Numbered from the stretch's first letter, positions 1 through 10,535 are shown. The stretch is DNA of 64,000 bases from Candidatus Thiomargarita nelsonii (GCA_000785145.2 JSZA02000037.1:1992-65991); one strand, 5' to 3'. A program made the numbers and translations. The notes: generated from the sequence alone by a model not told the origin.

Positions 1-1925
1 CGGAAAAAACTACGCACAGCGCCGCCTATTTCATTATCATCGCGTTGTTTGACAAAGCTAATGCGTTTACTTTGACGTGCGCCGAGATTACTGGTCATAA
101 TCAGAATGACATTGCGAAAATCCGTCACCCGCCCGTTACCGTCCACAAGTATGCCCTCATCCATCACATTCAGCAGTACATCAAAAAAAATCGGGTGCGC
201 TTTTTCAATTTCATCCAGCAAAACCACGCTAAATGGCCGTTCTCGGACTTCACGAATCAATTTACCCGGCTTATCGCCGCCGCCCAGCACTCGTTCGACT
301 TGCACCGGATGTTGAAATTCGCTCATGTCTAAACGAATCAGCGGATTTAACGTTTGCCCTTGTCCAAAAAAATACGCAGCCAGCGCACGGGCACAGGCGG
401 TTTTGCCCACGCCCGTTGGTCCAGCAAATAACAAAGTAGCAATCGGCTTATTCGGATCATTCAATCCCGCCTTGAAAAGCATCACCACTTCAGAAACGCG
501 CTCAATCGCTTGAGATTGCCCAATGATGCGCTGAGTAAAATAATCATGCAGGGCAGCAGTGTCTAACTGAATATCATCGCGCAACAAAAAGGTGGGTAGC
601 CCCGTTTTTTGGACAAACTGCGTCAACACATTTTCATTTTCAATCACTTTCTGGTTTTGAACATGCACGTCGTTGACGCAACGGGTCAAAAAATTAATGA
701 TTTTCCCCGGAAAGGCTTCATAGCGCAGATAACGGTCTAATAAACGATATGCGAAGTTGAGTGCCGATTCTTCTATCGTAATCTGTAACTGTTTTTGTAC
801 ATACTCTGTGAATAGGCGCATTATTTTAAAGATTTGTTTTTTAGACAGTTTAGGAATAGAAAGTACATGAAAATGTGCCGCAAAGCCGGGTAAACGCTGG
901 CGCACTCGCTCCCATTCCTGCTGGGTTAATTCGCTAACGATTTGTATTCTGCCTTGACGGAGATTAGGCAACATAAATGCGGCAATGGAATCTTCTGGAC
1001 CATCGCCACCCACCGCGAAGAGATGTACAAAGTCATTTATCCACAAAATATCCCCGGTGCGCTGCAATTCTTCCATGAGTTCTTCACAAGTTTCCTGCCA
1101 CTCGCCCAGATAACGTGCGCCGGCAATCATACGTTGAGGGGTGGTACGCCAAAAAAACTGAGGACCTTGAGAATTATTTTTGGTCAAGGCCAAAAATTTA
1201 CGCGCCGCCTCTAACAAAATAGCCGTCTTACCGATCCCCTGTGTACCAATAAGTACAACACTGGCACGCTCTGTCTCTAACTTCTCAAGCAAAGTCGCCA
1301 CCAATTCGCTGCGCTCCCAGGCCGTTTCTGGCGCAATCCCGCTCCCCTTCGTCTTACGGGGAAATTTATCGGCTACCTGTTGCAGCGTCTTGGTTTCTTC
1401 CCTGTTTTGTGCCCCTTGAGCGCGACGAACATCACGCGCTTTGACACGGACAGTGACTTCTTCCAACCAAGGCTCGCCCAATATCAAATAACGGTGCAAG
1501 GCTTCAGGAGTCATATTATTAAAATAATCACGGGCAAAATACTCAATCAAGGATCGTAATTGTTCTGGCTTGTAAAAATAGAAATGTTGATCCAATAAAG
1601 GCATATAACATTCGGCATAACCCTCTTTTGTGCTACCATAAACCGCCGCAACCGGAATATTCAGAATATGTCCTGCTGGAAAAATGCCGGTTTCTTCTTC
1701 ATAAGCGGGACGAACATTAACATTAAGCTTTTTCAGGCGAGCATCCGGCATGGGATCGGGTAGATATAAATTTTTGGTATATTCGCGTTGCAAATGTTCG
1801 GCAAAATGGGCTTCTAATTTAGGTATTTGGGCATTAACCAGTTCATAGTCAGTGCCGACTAATCGTCCACAAATGGCTTTTTCTGTGAGTTTCCAGCATA
1901 ATAGGGGATAGCGGTAAATTTCCAT
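1..1925 (-). CDS. ClpA/ClpB-family double AAA+ ATPase with a non-canonical N-terminal domain; 3' end runs off the window
   Basis: Own minus-strand translation from ATG (complement of 1923-1925): MEIYRYPLLCWKL... Walker A loops GTQGIGKT and GPTGVGKT; D2 motifs VVLLDEIEKAHP, FDVLLNVMDEGILVD, NVILIMTSN. No stop before position 1, so it is missing from the ORF track. Confidence 0.8.
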   Translation of the reverse strand, partial: MEIYRYPLLCWKLTEKAICGRLVGTDYELVNAQIPKLEAHFAEHLQREYTKNLYLPDPMPDARLKKLNVNVRPAYEEETGIFPAGHILNIPVAAVYGSTKEGYAECYMPLLDQHFYFYKPEQLRSLIEYFARDYFNNMTPEALHRYLILGEPWLEEVTVRVKARDVRRAQGAQNREETKTLQQVADKFPRKTKGSGIAPETAWERSELVATLLEKLETERASVVLIGTQGIGKTAILLEAARKFLALTKNNSQGPQFFWRTTPQRMIAGARYLGEWQETCEELMEELQRTGDILWINDFVHLFAVGGDGPEDSIAAFMLPNLRQGRIQIVSELTQQEWERVRQRLPGFAAHFHVLSIPKLSKKQIFKIMRLFTEYVQKQLQITIEESALNFAYRLLDRYLRYEAFPGKIINFLTRCVNDVHVQNQKVIENENVLTQFVQKTGLPTFLLRDDIQLDTAALHDYFTQRIIGQSQAIERVSEVVMLFKAGLNDPNKPIATLLFAGPTGVGKTACARALAAYFFGQGQTLNPLIRLDMSEFQHPVQVERVLGGGDKPGKLIREVRERPFSVVLLDEIEKAHPIFFDVLLNVMDEGILVDGNGRVTDFRNVILIMTSNLGARQSKRISFVKQRDDNEIGGAVRSFF

Positions 1926-1972
1926 TAGGATTTCCTTTGAAACGCGAATTAAGTCCAAGTCAGTGATAACTT

Positions 1973-3595
1973 TCAGAAAATAGGAGTCCAAGATTTATCT
2001 TGGACAAGCTCCCAAACAATCTGAAAATCATCCGCATACACTTGAGACTTCCGCAGCGGTTTCAATGCCTCAATCACTTTTTCGTAAGAACGCCTCTCAC
2101 TCATATTTGGCGGATCAAAAACCGTTGATGAAATTAAAACTCTGCCGGGCTGGTGATTTAAAATACGATTAATCCAATTTATAACTGAATAATCGTGCCT
2201 GATACCCTCAATTTGGGTCACATCAAAAAGCGTCGCATCTGTATATAGGTACAGATAATTACTACACATATAACCACTTCCCGTTATTATATAATCATTC
2301 GCTTGAGCATGGCGGATGAAATATTCATTACTGATGTAACAATAATCGGTATTTCGATCAGTTTGTGGCAAAATACTCCCCAGCAGATTTCCAATAAAAA
2401 GTGCCACCACAAATATTGAACTCAGGATTGTCGCAAACCGAGTGACTCTTACAAATAACATCAGCATTAAATAAATAAAAGGTAATAGCGCAATCCAAAA
2501 TTCTATATTTAAGGGCTCCCATAGCGTATTAAAAATGGCATAAACACAGAGCATCGGCACCGCAAAACTCAAAAATCCAGTCGCCCTTGGATTTAACTCA
2601 ATACGCGCTAAAACGCTCAAGATCACCGCACATAAGGAACTGATAGCAACCATAATAAGGCATAGCCAAAGTTGCCAGCTAGAAAGGCTTTGAGCGACCA
2701 ATCGTTCTTCCATTAAGGGCTTGAGAGGAAAAAGTTTTGCCATTAAAACCTCAAACCATGGAAAGCCAAATAAAAAAAGAGTACCCCAGATACTTCGTAA
2801 TAAACCAAATATCGACTTGAAAGGATTAGTCCAAGCCCAAGGAGTCCACAAACCATCTACCGCTTTTCCCTGAGACCATTTAATGATTTCCCCAAATTCA
2901 GATTGCTCAGCCAGAAAAATGGCCACCGGAAAATAGACGGCGGCAATTATTGCTCCTGATACGCCAAAAAATAGAATGAGACTCTTGAGCCGTCTGCCTG
3001 TGGGATGGCAACAGATAGCAAACGGTGCAATAAAAATAAGCAAGACATGTTGCTGGTGAAACAAAGTAGCCATTGCCATAAAGAGCCCTAATAAAAAAAA
3101 ATGGCGATATTCAAAGCGACTCTCAGCAATAATCATTAAGCGATGGGCTGATAATAAAATAAATGGCAATGGGAAAATATAAGTTTCCGCCTCAACGCTG
3201 TATCTCCAAAAACCATAAGACATGCTAACCATACCCATGCAGAGCAAAGAAAAATAGACCGTCATTTCTAGTCGCCTTGCAATGAGATAGACGAGAAACA
3301 ATGTCACAATACCAGCAATGACATTATTAATCTGCATGGGTAGTGATGCATTACCTTGGTAGCCTAAAAATAACCACAAATCATAAACAACGCGATTGAA
3401 ACTGTTGAACAAAATATGATTGGGATTGTAAAGGCTCAAAGTTGAGGGCACCTTAGTCACCTCGTAAATATACCTCACGGAATCTTCGGCTTCGCTATGA
3501 TTCATAGCCAACGTTATCAAAAAAAGGCTGGTGATTGCGATGAGTATCAACCATAACAATTCGTTATAGCGTAATAGGTTTAATTTATTTATCAT
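1973..3595 (-). CDS. Polytopic membrane protein, GT-C type glycosyltransferase-like (ArnT/PMT-like)
   Basis: 540 aa with about 11 hydrophobic helices and a ~120 aa soluble C-terminus. Acidic loop AEDSVRY after TM1, as in GT-C enzymes. The last 9 aa (QDKSWTPIF) and the stop codon are encoded by a GGAG-hairpin repeat. Confidence 0.45.
   Translation of the reverse strand: MINKLNLLRYNELLWLILIAITSLFLITLAMNHSEAEDSVRYIYEVTKVPSTLSLYNPNHILFNSFNRVVYDLWLFLGYQGNASLPMQINNVIAGIVTLFLVYLIARRLEMTVYFSLLCMGMVSMSYGFWRYSVEAETYIFPLPFILLSAHRLMIIAESRFEYRHFFLLGLFMAMATLFHQQHVLLIFIAPFAICCHPTGRRLKSLILFFGVSGAIIAAVYFPVAIFLAEQSEFGEIIKWSQGKAVDGLWTPWAWTNPFKSIFGLLRSIWGTLFLFGFPWFEVLMAKLFPLKPLMEERLVAQSLSSWQLWLCLIMVAISSLCAVILSVLARIELNPRATGFLSFAVPMLCVYAIFNTLWEPLNIEFWIALLPFIYLMLMLFVRVTRFATILSSIFVVALFIGNLLGSILPQTDRNTDYCYISNEYFIRHAQANDYIITGSGYMCSNYLYLYTDATLFDVTQIEGIRHDYSVINWINRILNHQPGRVLISSTVFDPPNMSERRSYEKVIEALKPLRKSQVYADDFQIVWELVQDKSWTPIF
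1983..2005. repeat. GGAG-hairpin REP copy (GGAGTCCAAGATTTATCTTGGAC)
   Basis: Exact motif; encodes the C-terminus and stop of 1973-3595. Confidence 0.9.
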
Positions 3596-3763
3596 TTTCG
3601 GTTAGCCCTGACCATTTATCGGATGTAAATGAGCATTTATCAGTATTCCTATAACTGAGTGACTTTATAAGTAATAGAATATTTCAGTACAGCATCACCG
3701 TGACAGCTAACCAAACGAGTGAACTGTTTCGACATTAGGAGAAATATTGGAGGAGTTTATAAC

Positions 3764-4657
3764 ATGATAAACAATTACAAAGCATTACAAATATTAATAG
3801 TGGACGACTCGCCGCCGGATCTTGAACTGTTGGCTCATCTCCTGACGGCGAATGGCTACAAAACGGTTACCGCCCTAACGGGTGCCAAAGCACTGGATTT
3901 AATACAATCGAACCCACCTGATCTCATTTTGCTTGATATGATGATGCCCAAGATGGACGGAATATCGGTCTGCCAGCAATTAAAGGAGTGGGAGACCATT
4001 CAGAATATTCCAGTTATATTTATTACCGCTTTATCTGATATTCTACACAAAGTAAAAGCCTTTGAGGTTGGCGGTGTTGATTATATAGTCAAACCGTTTT
4101 TAAAAGAAGAAGTGCTTGCTAGGATAAACGTCCACCTAAAATTAAAAAATGCACTGGAAAGATTAGAAGAAATGTCGAGAATGGATCCATTAACTGGTAT
4201 CGGTAATCGCAGATTTGCTTATGATATTTTACCCAAACAAATTGAGATGGTTAAAAGGGAGCAATCCAGTTTGGTTGTCTGTTATATCGATATAGATAAT
4301 TTGAAACGCATTAATGATACTTATGCTCATGATGAGGGTGATAGGTTAATTAAAACCGTGGTAAATTCTCTTAAGGGAGACATCAGGGTCTCTGATTATC
4401 TCTTTCGTATGGGAGGTGATGAATTTTTGATCATCTTTCCAAAAGCAAAAGTGGCTGATTCTGAGAAACTGATTGAAAGGATTAGGGAAAGTTTAAATAA
4501 GGAAACCATTTGTGGCCTACCCATTGATTTTAGTTTCGGGTTTTCTGAATATCCCAATGCGAAGGGTCTCTCTACAGCAGATGAATTAATAAAGGAGGCT
4601 GATAAGCGCATGTTAGATGACAAAAGGAAAAAAAAAGTCATAACTTGTCCAAGATAA
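3764..4657 (+). CDS. Response regulator receiver + GGDEF diguanylate cyclase (PleD/WspR-like)
   Basis: ILIVDD...DLILLDMMMPKMDG receiver motifs. Intact GGDEF (RMGGDEFLIIF) with RVSD I-site 5 aa upstream. ATG at 3764 is preceded by GGAGGAG; the track start at 3719 is unlikely. The stop TAA lies inside the repeat at 4647-4669. Confidence 0.85.
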   Translation: MINNYKALQILIVDDSPPDLELLAHLLTANGYKTVTALTGAKALDLIQSNPPDLILLDMMMPKMDGISVCQQLKEWETIQNIPVIFITALSDILHKVKAFEVGGVDYIVKPFLKEEVLARINVHLKLKNALERLEEMSRMDPLTGIGNRRFAYDILPKQIEMVKREQSSLVVCYIDIDNLKRINDTYAHDEGDRLIKTVVNSLKGDIRVSDYLFRMGGDEFLIIFPKAKVADSEKLIERIRESLNKETICGLPIDFSFGFSEYPNAKGLSTADELIKEADKRMLDDKRKKKVITCPR

Positions 4658-4669
4658 ATCTTGGACTCC
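4647..4669. repeat. GGAG-hairpin REP copy, inverted orientation
   Basis: GTCCAAGATAAATCTTGGACTCC; supplies the TAA stop of the REC-GGDEF gene. Confidence 0.9.
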
Positions 4670-5239
4670 TATCAGAAATTTGATAGAATACAGCGCACAA
4701 AATTTTCCCAAAGGATAAAAAAAAACGTGAATACAGAAAAAGAGCTATACGACTCAACGCCCTCGATGTTTCGCAACAAACCCTTTATTTTCACTTTGTA
4801 TTTTGTTGCTATGCTAGTCGGTGCTATTGACTTGATTGATATTACATTGGGGCTTGGATGGATTTCTTCTCCCGAAGAAAACAAGTGGGCCTCTGTTATG
4901 TTGCTCATTCTTGGTGGTATGGGCTTTGTTTTTTTGGCAATTTGGTGGCTGCGTGTCATCAATACGAGACTGACAGTCACCAATGAGCGGGTTAGATTTA
5001 GAACCGGTATCCTTTCCAAAAATATACGTGAAGTATTTTTATCAGACATTCGGAGTGTGGAAATAAGCCAGCGTTTTATACAACGGCTTTTGGATACTGG
5101 CATGATAGAAATTTCAAGTGCTGCGACTGCTGATGCTGAAATTGCTATTAAAGGATTACCTCAGCCCTATATGGTTAAAGAGTTGATAGATGACCATCGT
5201 CGTCAACATGAGAATCATCCTCAACAATCGAAAGATTAG
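4661..5239 (+). CDS. Membrane protein with bacterial PH (bPH_2/YdbT-like) domain
   Basis: Two TM helices followed by LTVTNERVRFRTGILSKNIREVFLSDIRSVEISQ...MIEISSA, typical of bPH_2. The start is uncertain: the track start is a TTG inside the repeat, and GTG 4727 or ATG 4766 are alternatives. Confidence 0.55.
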   Translation: MDSYQKFDRIQRTKFSQRIKKNVNTEKELYDSTPSMFRNKPFIFTLYFVAMLVGAIDLIDITLGLGWISSPEENKWASVMLLILGGMGFVFLAIWWLRVINTRLTVTNERVRFRTGILSKNIREVFLSDIRSVEISQRFIQRLLDTGMIEISSAATADAEIAIKGLPQPYMVKELIDDHRRQHENHPQQSKD

Positions 5240-5313
5240 ACTTGTTTTCAAACGTTACGGACGGGGATCTCGTAGAGAATTTCCCCGTCCAGCTAAAAAA
5301 AGCCTAATTTCAA

Positions 5314-5742
5314 CTACTGCGGCTTGTCGTCAATCCAATTAGCAATCTGATTTTTCGGGAGCAATCGCTCGAAATGTTTTACATTACGGGTGACAACAAT
5401 GTGATTACCGGCTAATGCCATAGCTGCTATCATCATATCAGCATATTGTTTATGTGCTTTATGCTTTTGTCTGAGTTTTGCTAGAGCTTCAGCACATTTT
5501 TCATCAAATACTATCACATTAAACTGTGACAAAAGTTGTTGTGTTTGCAAGAGCCTTTGATGTGCTAATGGTGCTTGTTCAGGGGACGCTTTGATGGCAA
5601 ATTCGCAACGCCCACGCAATGCTTCTGCCACAACCACGGACGGAAGCGCGATATCTGACCAAGCTATTTGTTCTAAATAGAGAAAAAGAATCGGGTGCTT
5701 TTCTCCAAAATGTCTTAGTATGTTAGAGTCCCAGAGCCACAT
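5314..5742 (-). CDS. vapC: PIN-domain toxin VapC (type II TA)
   Basis: N-terminal LWDSN acidic residue and C-terminal VVTRNVKHFERL motif; 142 aa. The start lies 4 nt after the stop of the upstream small gene. Confidence 0.8.
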   Translation of the reverse strand: MWLWDSNILRHFGEKHPILFLYLEQIAWSDIALPSVVVAEALRGRCEFAIKASPEQAPLAHQRLLQTQQLLSQFNVIVFDEKCAEALAKLRQKHKAHKQYADMMIAAMALAGNHIVVTRNVKHFERLLPKNQIANWIDDKPQ

Positions 5743-5745
5743 AAT

Positions 5746-6048
5746 TTAGCCTACCTGACTATTTCGTTTGAGTTCAATCTCATCAAATAATGCCCCCCAA
5801 GTTGGATCCTCCTTAAAAGCACCAAACCATTGCCAAGGGGTTTCATCTAAAAGTTGACCCACTTTGGGCTGGGTGGGTATATCCAGTTGAATCATTTCAA
5901 TCCGATTAACGACTTGAGTAATTGTTTCACGAATCGCTTTCAGTGCCTCATGTCGTGTCTGGGCATAAGCATGGCAATTTGGCAGATTTTGCGCCATTGC
6001 GTGAAATTTTCCTTGGTTTTCTTGTGTAATGAATATTGTGTATTTCAT
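5746..6048 (-). CDS. Antitoxin, HicB/UPF0150-like fold, partner of VapC
   Basis: MKYTIFITQENQGKFHAMAQNLPNCHAYAQTRHEALKAIRE... 100 aa from ATG 6048 with GGGGAG RBS. The longer track ORF to 6153 is unlikely. Confidence 0.65.
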   Translation of the reverse strand: MKYTIFITQENQGKFHAMAQNLPNCHAYAQTRHEALKAIRETITQVVNRIEMIQLDIPTQPKVGQLLDETPWQWFGAFKEDPTWGALFDEIELKRNSQVG

Positions 6049-6161
6049 AATTTCTCCCCTTTCTGATAAATCCGACACATCATCAAAATTAAAACGGTGG
6101 GAAATCAGTGCTTTTTCGGTGCCGGACTGGATTTGCAATCCAGTCAGAACCATTTGTTTTT

Positions 6162-8978
6162 TCAGATGTTTTCTCTAATATAAAGCAAACAAGCATTGAG
6201 CATATCATTATTCAATGCCTGTAATTGTGCTTTGTAATGATTTTTATCCATTTTCACAGGCTTACCATATAAAGCAAAATAAATGCGACGGACCGATTGA
6301 AGCGTGACAAAACGTTCATCAAAAAATTTAAGCAGCCGATTAACCAAAGATTTTTTTCCCAGATTTGAGAGCACCTCTAAAGCATTGCCTTGATTAGCCC
6401 GATTGCTGGATTTTAGACCATTACTCACCTTCTGAAAAAAATCTCTATCCTCCTTAGCCGCAAAAGTGATAACAATCAGGATATGATCTAAATGGTATTC
6501 AGCCATTTCTTGCAATATTTTGATTAGAATATGAGCCGCTTTACTGTCATATCCAAGCGATTCGTAGAATTTTAACAAACCATTCACTTGAACAAATTTT
6601 CTTAAAGTTTCATCTGCCCCTTTCTGCAAATCTTGTTGTTGTTTATTACTGAGAAAATGATAAATCAGCAACATAATTTCAAAGCGTTGTTGTACTGAAA
6701 TCTTATCAGAAGACAGGGCATCAATCAGTGCAGATTTGCACACCCCCATATTGAGTTGCAATAATTCCTGGCTTTCTTTTATCAAGCGACGATCTCTGGT
6801 CCCCAGCAATTGAATAACAGGTGCCCAATATTTCAAAGGCTTACAATTTTTCAAGGCTCGCAAAGCCAGAATTTTCATTTCATTATCCGGCGACTCCAGC
6901 ACTTTGAGCAGGCGAGCTTTTTGACTCTCAAGTTCAGCTTCATGCAAACGAATAAATGCTGTCAATGCCGCCAAGCGCACCTCAGGATTGTCACTCTCAA
7001 GAAAAGGCAAAACCGTATCACTATAATGCGACAAACGTAACTCACCCAAGGCATATAAATAAAGTGGCATGTTCTGCGACAATTCTGCCTTGTCAAAACT
7101 GGCTATAATTTTCTTTTCAATCAATTGTTTATGCATATATTTTGGATTTTGATGCAAATACAAGCAAGCTTCAACACACACCGAAGGCAGCGGATGTGTC
7201 AAGAGTTTTTCTATCAAATGATTGAAGTTGACTGATTTAAATTTAGTCAGATCTTTTATAATTAAGGACAAAACTTGAGGAGCATCTTGTTCTATCCTGA
7301 GTGCCTCTAATAAATAGTTCAAATGGGAATTCTTCAAATTGGAATTAGAGCGTGACAGCGCAGCTAATGTTTGAAGACAATGCTTTTTAACTTTAAAATA
7401 TTGAGTTTTTTTATTGATTAGCAAATTGCCGACTTGATTGAAAAAAAGATCAAATTTCAGGATACGGATCATATCCAAAGCCGCTATAACATCATAAGTA
7501 TTGCTACTGTTTAATTTTTCACGTATCACCCGCCTTATTTCTTTAATACCCCCTTTAACATTTACCTGATGACCCAGGATTTTTTTGACAAATTCATCCT
7601 CAAGTCTCTTTTGCATGTCCTTTTCATATTGTGACCATTGCGGCAATGCGATGAAAATCCCTAAGATTGATACTATCAGCGCAATCAAGGGCAACAAATA
7701 ATAGAGCTGTTCTACTGAAAAACCCCAGTCAATTTGTACTATTAAGGATTCTGCCCCCGTTATCGTCATTAAAAACGTTCCGGCAATGAGCGTTGCCAGC
7801 GGAAATACAATGCCATTGAGAAAAGCCTTATTATTTCCCCACTGATTGGGGGAGATCGCATTGAATAACAAATTATTGGCAGGCGTACGCAAAGCGCCGC
7901 GCATTTCTTGATTAATAAATTGAGTAAAAATCCCCAAGCTCAACATCACGATAACACTATTTGCTAATAAACCTTGGCCATAAAAATAGATAAACAATGC
8001 TAAAGCAGCAATCGCCGATAGCACCGGATAAAGCACATTACTGGCACCAACACTCCATTTCACCAAAATACGTGAAGTAAAAAATAATTGGATAAACAGC
8101 CAAGCCAGATTGGCAAAAACTTCATAGGTGGCAAAAAATGTGGCGCGTCGAGTGGGATCAGGAAAAACCTGAAAATAAATAATCGTTTGATAGTGATATT
8201 CCAACAATTTGCTACCAATCACAAACAACATTAAGCCCAAAGACATATAGATCATCAATTTAGAACTGATAATGTTTTTAAAAGCGACTATCAAATCGTG
8301 TAGTGGATTTTTCTGCGCCTGATCCTTTGACTGGGCATCATTGCTAGCACGTATGGGCTTGAAACGTGCATTGATGATACGCGCAAGCCAAAATGCACCA
8401 AGACAAGCCAAGGCTAATACCAAAATTAATTGTTGCGGATGAAAATGAAAAACATTTAATAGGACAATTAATATCCCCCCACCCAAGGCACCGCCAATCG
8501 GAATACCAGTATTGATAATAGGTGTGACGCGCCTGGCTTCTACCGCTGTGAAATAAGAGGCTACAACGCTGCCTGTGTGTATCGAAATTAAAATGTAAAA
8601 AAAGAAAAAACCAACAAAGAAAAATCCATACACCCAGTTTTGAGCAGACCACCAATATGTCGTTAAAGTACACAAAAGTTGTGCAATAACTGAAAAGAGG
8701 GCCGTCGAGACTAGGAAAAAACCTAAAATATGAATCCCATTGAATTTCTTGGTATAACGGGCATAGGCTATAGAGCCTATCATCACAGATAAATCTATGA
8801 AGATGAACATCAAAGGCAACTTTTCACCGCCCAAATTTTCAACCAGCAATGTCATGCTAATACTACGCGCAAAGCTGGCACCGATGGAAAATACCAGCAA
8901 AGTCATAAACAAGTAAAAGACTTCTTGCTGCTCACTGGGTTTGATGGACAACAAATTACGAAGAAAACGTGCTATCAT
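6162..8978 (-). CDS. MFS/nucleotide-transporter (TLC/NTT)-like 12-TM domain fused to a C-terminal HEAT-repeat domain
   Basis: About 450 aa of polytopic N-terminal half, then ~480 aa of helical repeats (LRLAALTAFIRL, KILALRALKN). ATG 8978 is preferred over the TTG at 8990, which lies inside a repeat. Confidence 0.55.
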   Translation of the reverse strand: MIARFLRNLLSIKPSEQQEVFYLFMTLLVFSIGASFARSISMTLLVENLGGEKLPLMFIFIDLSVMIGSIAYARYTKKFNGIHILGFFLVSTALFSVIAQLLCTLTTYWWSAQNWVYGFFFVGFFFFYILISIHTGSVVASYFTAVEARRVTPIINTGIPIGGALGGGILIVLLNVFHFHPQQLILVLALACLGAFWLARIINARFKPIRASNDAQSKDQAQKNPLHDLIVAFKNIISSKLMIYMSLGLMLFVIGSKLLEYHYQTIIYFQVFPDPTRRATFFATYEVFANLAWLFIQLFFTSRILVKWSVGASNVLYPVLSAIAALALFIYFYGQGLLANSVIVMLSLGIFTQFINQEMRGALRTPANNLLFNAISPNQWGNNKAFLNGIVFPLATLIAGTFLMTITGAESLIVQIDWGFSVEQLYYLLPLIALIVSILGIFIALPQWSQYEKDMQKRLEDEFVKKILGHQVNVKGGIKEIRRVIREKLNSSNTYDVIAALDMIRILKFDLFFNQVGNLLINKKTQYFKVKKHCLQTLAALSRSNSNLKNSHLNYLLEALRIEQDAPQVLSLIIKDLTKFKSVNFNHLIEKLLTHPLPSVCVEACLYLHQNPKYMHKQLIEKKIIASFDKAELSQNMPLYLYALGELRLSHYSDTVLPFLESDNPEVRLAALTAFIRLHEAELESQKARLLKVLESPDNEMKILALRALKNCKPLKYWAPVIQLLGTRDRRLIKESQELLQLNMGVCKSALIDALSSDKISVQQRFEIMLLIYHFLSNKQQQDLQKGADETLRKFVQVNGLLKFYESLGYDSKAAHILIKILQEMAEYHLDHILIVITFAAKEDRDFFQKVSNGLKSSNRANQGNALEVLSNLGKKSLVNRLLKFFDERFVTLQSVRRIYFALYGKPVKMDKNHYKAQLQALNNDMLNACLLYIRENI

Positions 8979-8984
8979 AATAAC

Positions 8985-9007
8985 GTCCAAGATAAATCTT
9001 GGACTCC
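8985..9007. repeat. GGAG-hairpin REP copy, inverted orientation
   Basis: Exact motif between 6162-8978 and 9026-9451. Confidence 0.9.
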
Positions 9008-9025
9008 TATTGTCTGATGAATTAT

Positions 9026-9451
9026 TTAGTTTTGGCTTTCAATCATATCACGCATACGGCTTATCAACACTTTGATAAAACCAACGGCAATAGCCGGATA
9101 CTCGTCGATTAAGCGTTCCATATCTTTATGTTTAATAATCAAAAAGCGGCATTTTCCAGAGCAGCGAGCGGAGGTGATATGGGGGCTGGTATTGAACAAC
9201 GACAATTCGCCCACAAAATCATTTTCTTTCACGGTTGCCATCGGTTTTTCTTGATCCGCTTTAAAGATCATGACTTCACCAGACACGACTATAAATAATT
9301 TCTCAACCATTTCATCCTTAGAAAATAAAGTATCTCCATCTTCATAGCTTGTCTCAATAGCAATCGTCGAGATTGTATTGAGTTCCTCAGTTTTCAGCAT
9401 TGAAAACAAGGCGACTTGACTGAGAACAATGATTTTTTCTAGTGGGATCAT
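9026..9451 (-). CDS. Cyclic nucleotide-binding (CAP effector) domain protein
   Basis: 141 aa; beta-roll motif DFVGELSLF...SARC...LI; a single domain only. Confidence 0.8.
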   Translation of the reverse strand: MIPLEKIIVLSQVALFSMLKTEELNTISTIAIETSYEDGDTLFSKDEMVEKLFIVVSGEVMIFKADQEKPMATVKENDFVGELSLFNTSPHITSARCSGKCRFLIIKHKDMERLIDEYPAIAVGFIKVLISRMRDMIESQN

Positions 9452-9525
9452 TTTAATCCTTTGTCAGTTATCAGTTAACTATTGTTAAATATTCCTTATA
9501 TTGATGAGATATTATATGCTAATTT

Positions 9526-9548
9526 GGAGTCCAAGATTTATCTTGGAC
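9526..9548. repeat. GGAG-hairpin REP copy
   Basis: Exact motif upstream of cheR. Confidence 0.9.
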
Positions 9549-9574
9549 GTATTTTTATCAGAGCGAAAATTAAG

Positions 9575-10411
9575 ATGGATGAGCTAGAGACTCAAAATAT
9601 CGAATTGCAATTGCTGTTGCAAGCCATTTACCTCAAATATGGTTATGACTTTAGAAATTATGCCAAAGCCTCAATAAAACGACGAATTCTACATAGGCTC
9701 ATCAAAGAAAAGTTTTCAAACATTTCCGCGATGCAACATAAATTACTTTATGAGGTCTCGTTTTTTGAAAGATTATTGTTGGATATGTCCATCAATGTCA
9801 CAGAAATGTTTCGTGATCCAAGTTTTTATTTGGCACTGAAAAAAAAGGTTGTGCCAGAACTCAAAAAATATCCATTTCTTAAAATCTGGCACGCGGGCTG
9901 TTCCACAGGCGAAGAAGTGTATTCTATGGCTATTATCTTAAAAGAAGAAGGCTTATATGATCGCACTCAGATTTATGCCACAGATATGAATGAATTGGCT
10001 TTAAAAAAGGCTAAAAATGGCATTTTCGATATTAGCCGGCTAAAGCAATACACGGCAAACTACCAAAAGGCGGGCGGATTAGAATCCTTTTCGGATTATT
10101 ATGTGGCGGATGATAAACAGGTTATCATGGACAAATCATTGAAAAAAAATATTTTATTTTCTGATCATAATCTGGCCACAGATGGGGTGTTTGGAGAAAT
10201 GAATTTGATTATGTGCCGAAATGTGCTAATTTACTTTAACCGTGAATTGCAAAATCGCGTTTTTAAATTGTTTTTTGATAGTCTTTGCACTGATGGTTTT
10301 CTCTGTATCGGCTCCAAAGAGAGTATCCGCTTTTCAGAATCTTCTGATGCTTTTGAAGATGTTGTCAAAAATGAAAAAATTTATCGTCGTTTAGGAGCGG
10401 CAACAAATTAG
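9575..10411 (+). CDS. cheR: CheR-type protein-glutamate O-methyltransferase
   Basis: LLLQAIYLKYGYDFRNY, MFRDP, IWHAGCSTGEEVYSMAI, IMCRNVLIYF. ATG 9575 chosen; the upstream part of the track ORF overlaps a repeat. Confidence 0.85.
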   Translation: MDELETQNIELQLLLQAIYLKYGYDFRNYAKASIKRRILHRLIKEKFSNISAMQHKLLYEVSFFERLLLDMSINVTEMFRDPSFYLALKKKVVPELKKYPFLKIWHAGCSTGEEVYSMAIILKEEGLYDRTQIYATDMNELALKKAKNGIFDISRLKQYTANYQKAGGLESFSDYYVADDKQVIMDKSLKKNILFSDHNLATDGVFGEMNLIMCRNVLIYFNRELQNRVFKLFFDSLCTDGFLCIGSKESIRFSESSDAFEDVVKNEKIYRRLGAATN

Positions 10412-10535
10412 TACGCTGTCACATAAGTTATTAGTGTTGGAGTACAAAGCTTTAGCTTTGTCAGACAGTACTACGCTGCCGCTTTGTACTCCAAAAAAAA
10501 CAAATTGACAGAGTATTAGGTTCATTAGTTTAATT

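Noticed and set aside
4396-5103. Antisense ORFs inside annotated genes here and elsewhere (4396-4641, 4672-5103, 8344-8673, 20013-20304, 21250-22324, 33374-34294, 53306-53830 and similar)
   Set aside because: Each is embedded opposite to, or out of frame with, a CDS that has clear family motifs. None has motifs of its own.
9026-9451. Claiming the cNMP-binding protein is ligand-blind because of PHITSA in place of PRSA
   Set aside because: The alignment of the phosphate-binding cassette by eye is ambiguous (one-residue offset). It is mentioned only as a note, not as a call.
10430-10500. Possible small RNA or attenuator between cheR and cheB (12-bp stem GGAGTACAAAGC/GCTTTGTACTCC with a 34-nt loop)
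   Set aside because: It looks like another diverged member of the GGAG hairpin family (GTCC to GTAC), with an inserted GTACTACGCTGCC module that is also seen near 19300, 35140 and 36290. Nothing supports a specific regulatory role.
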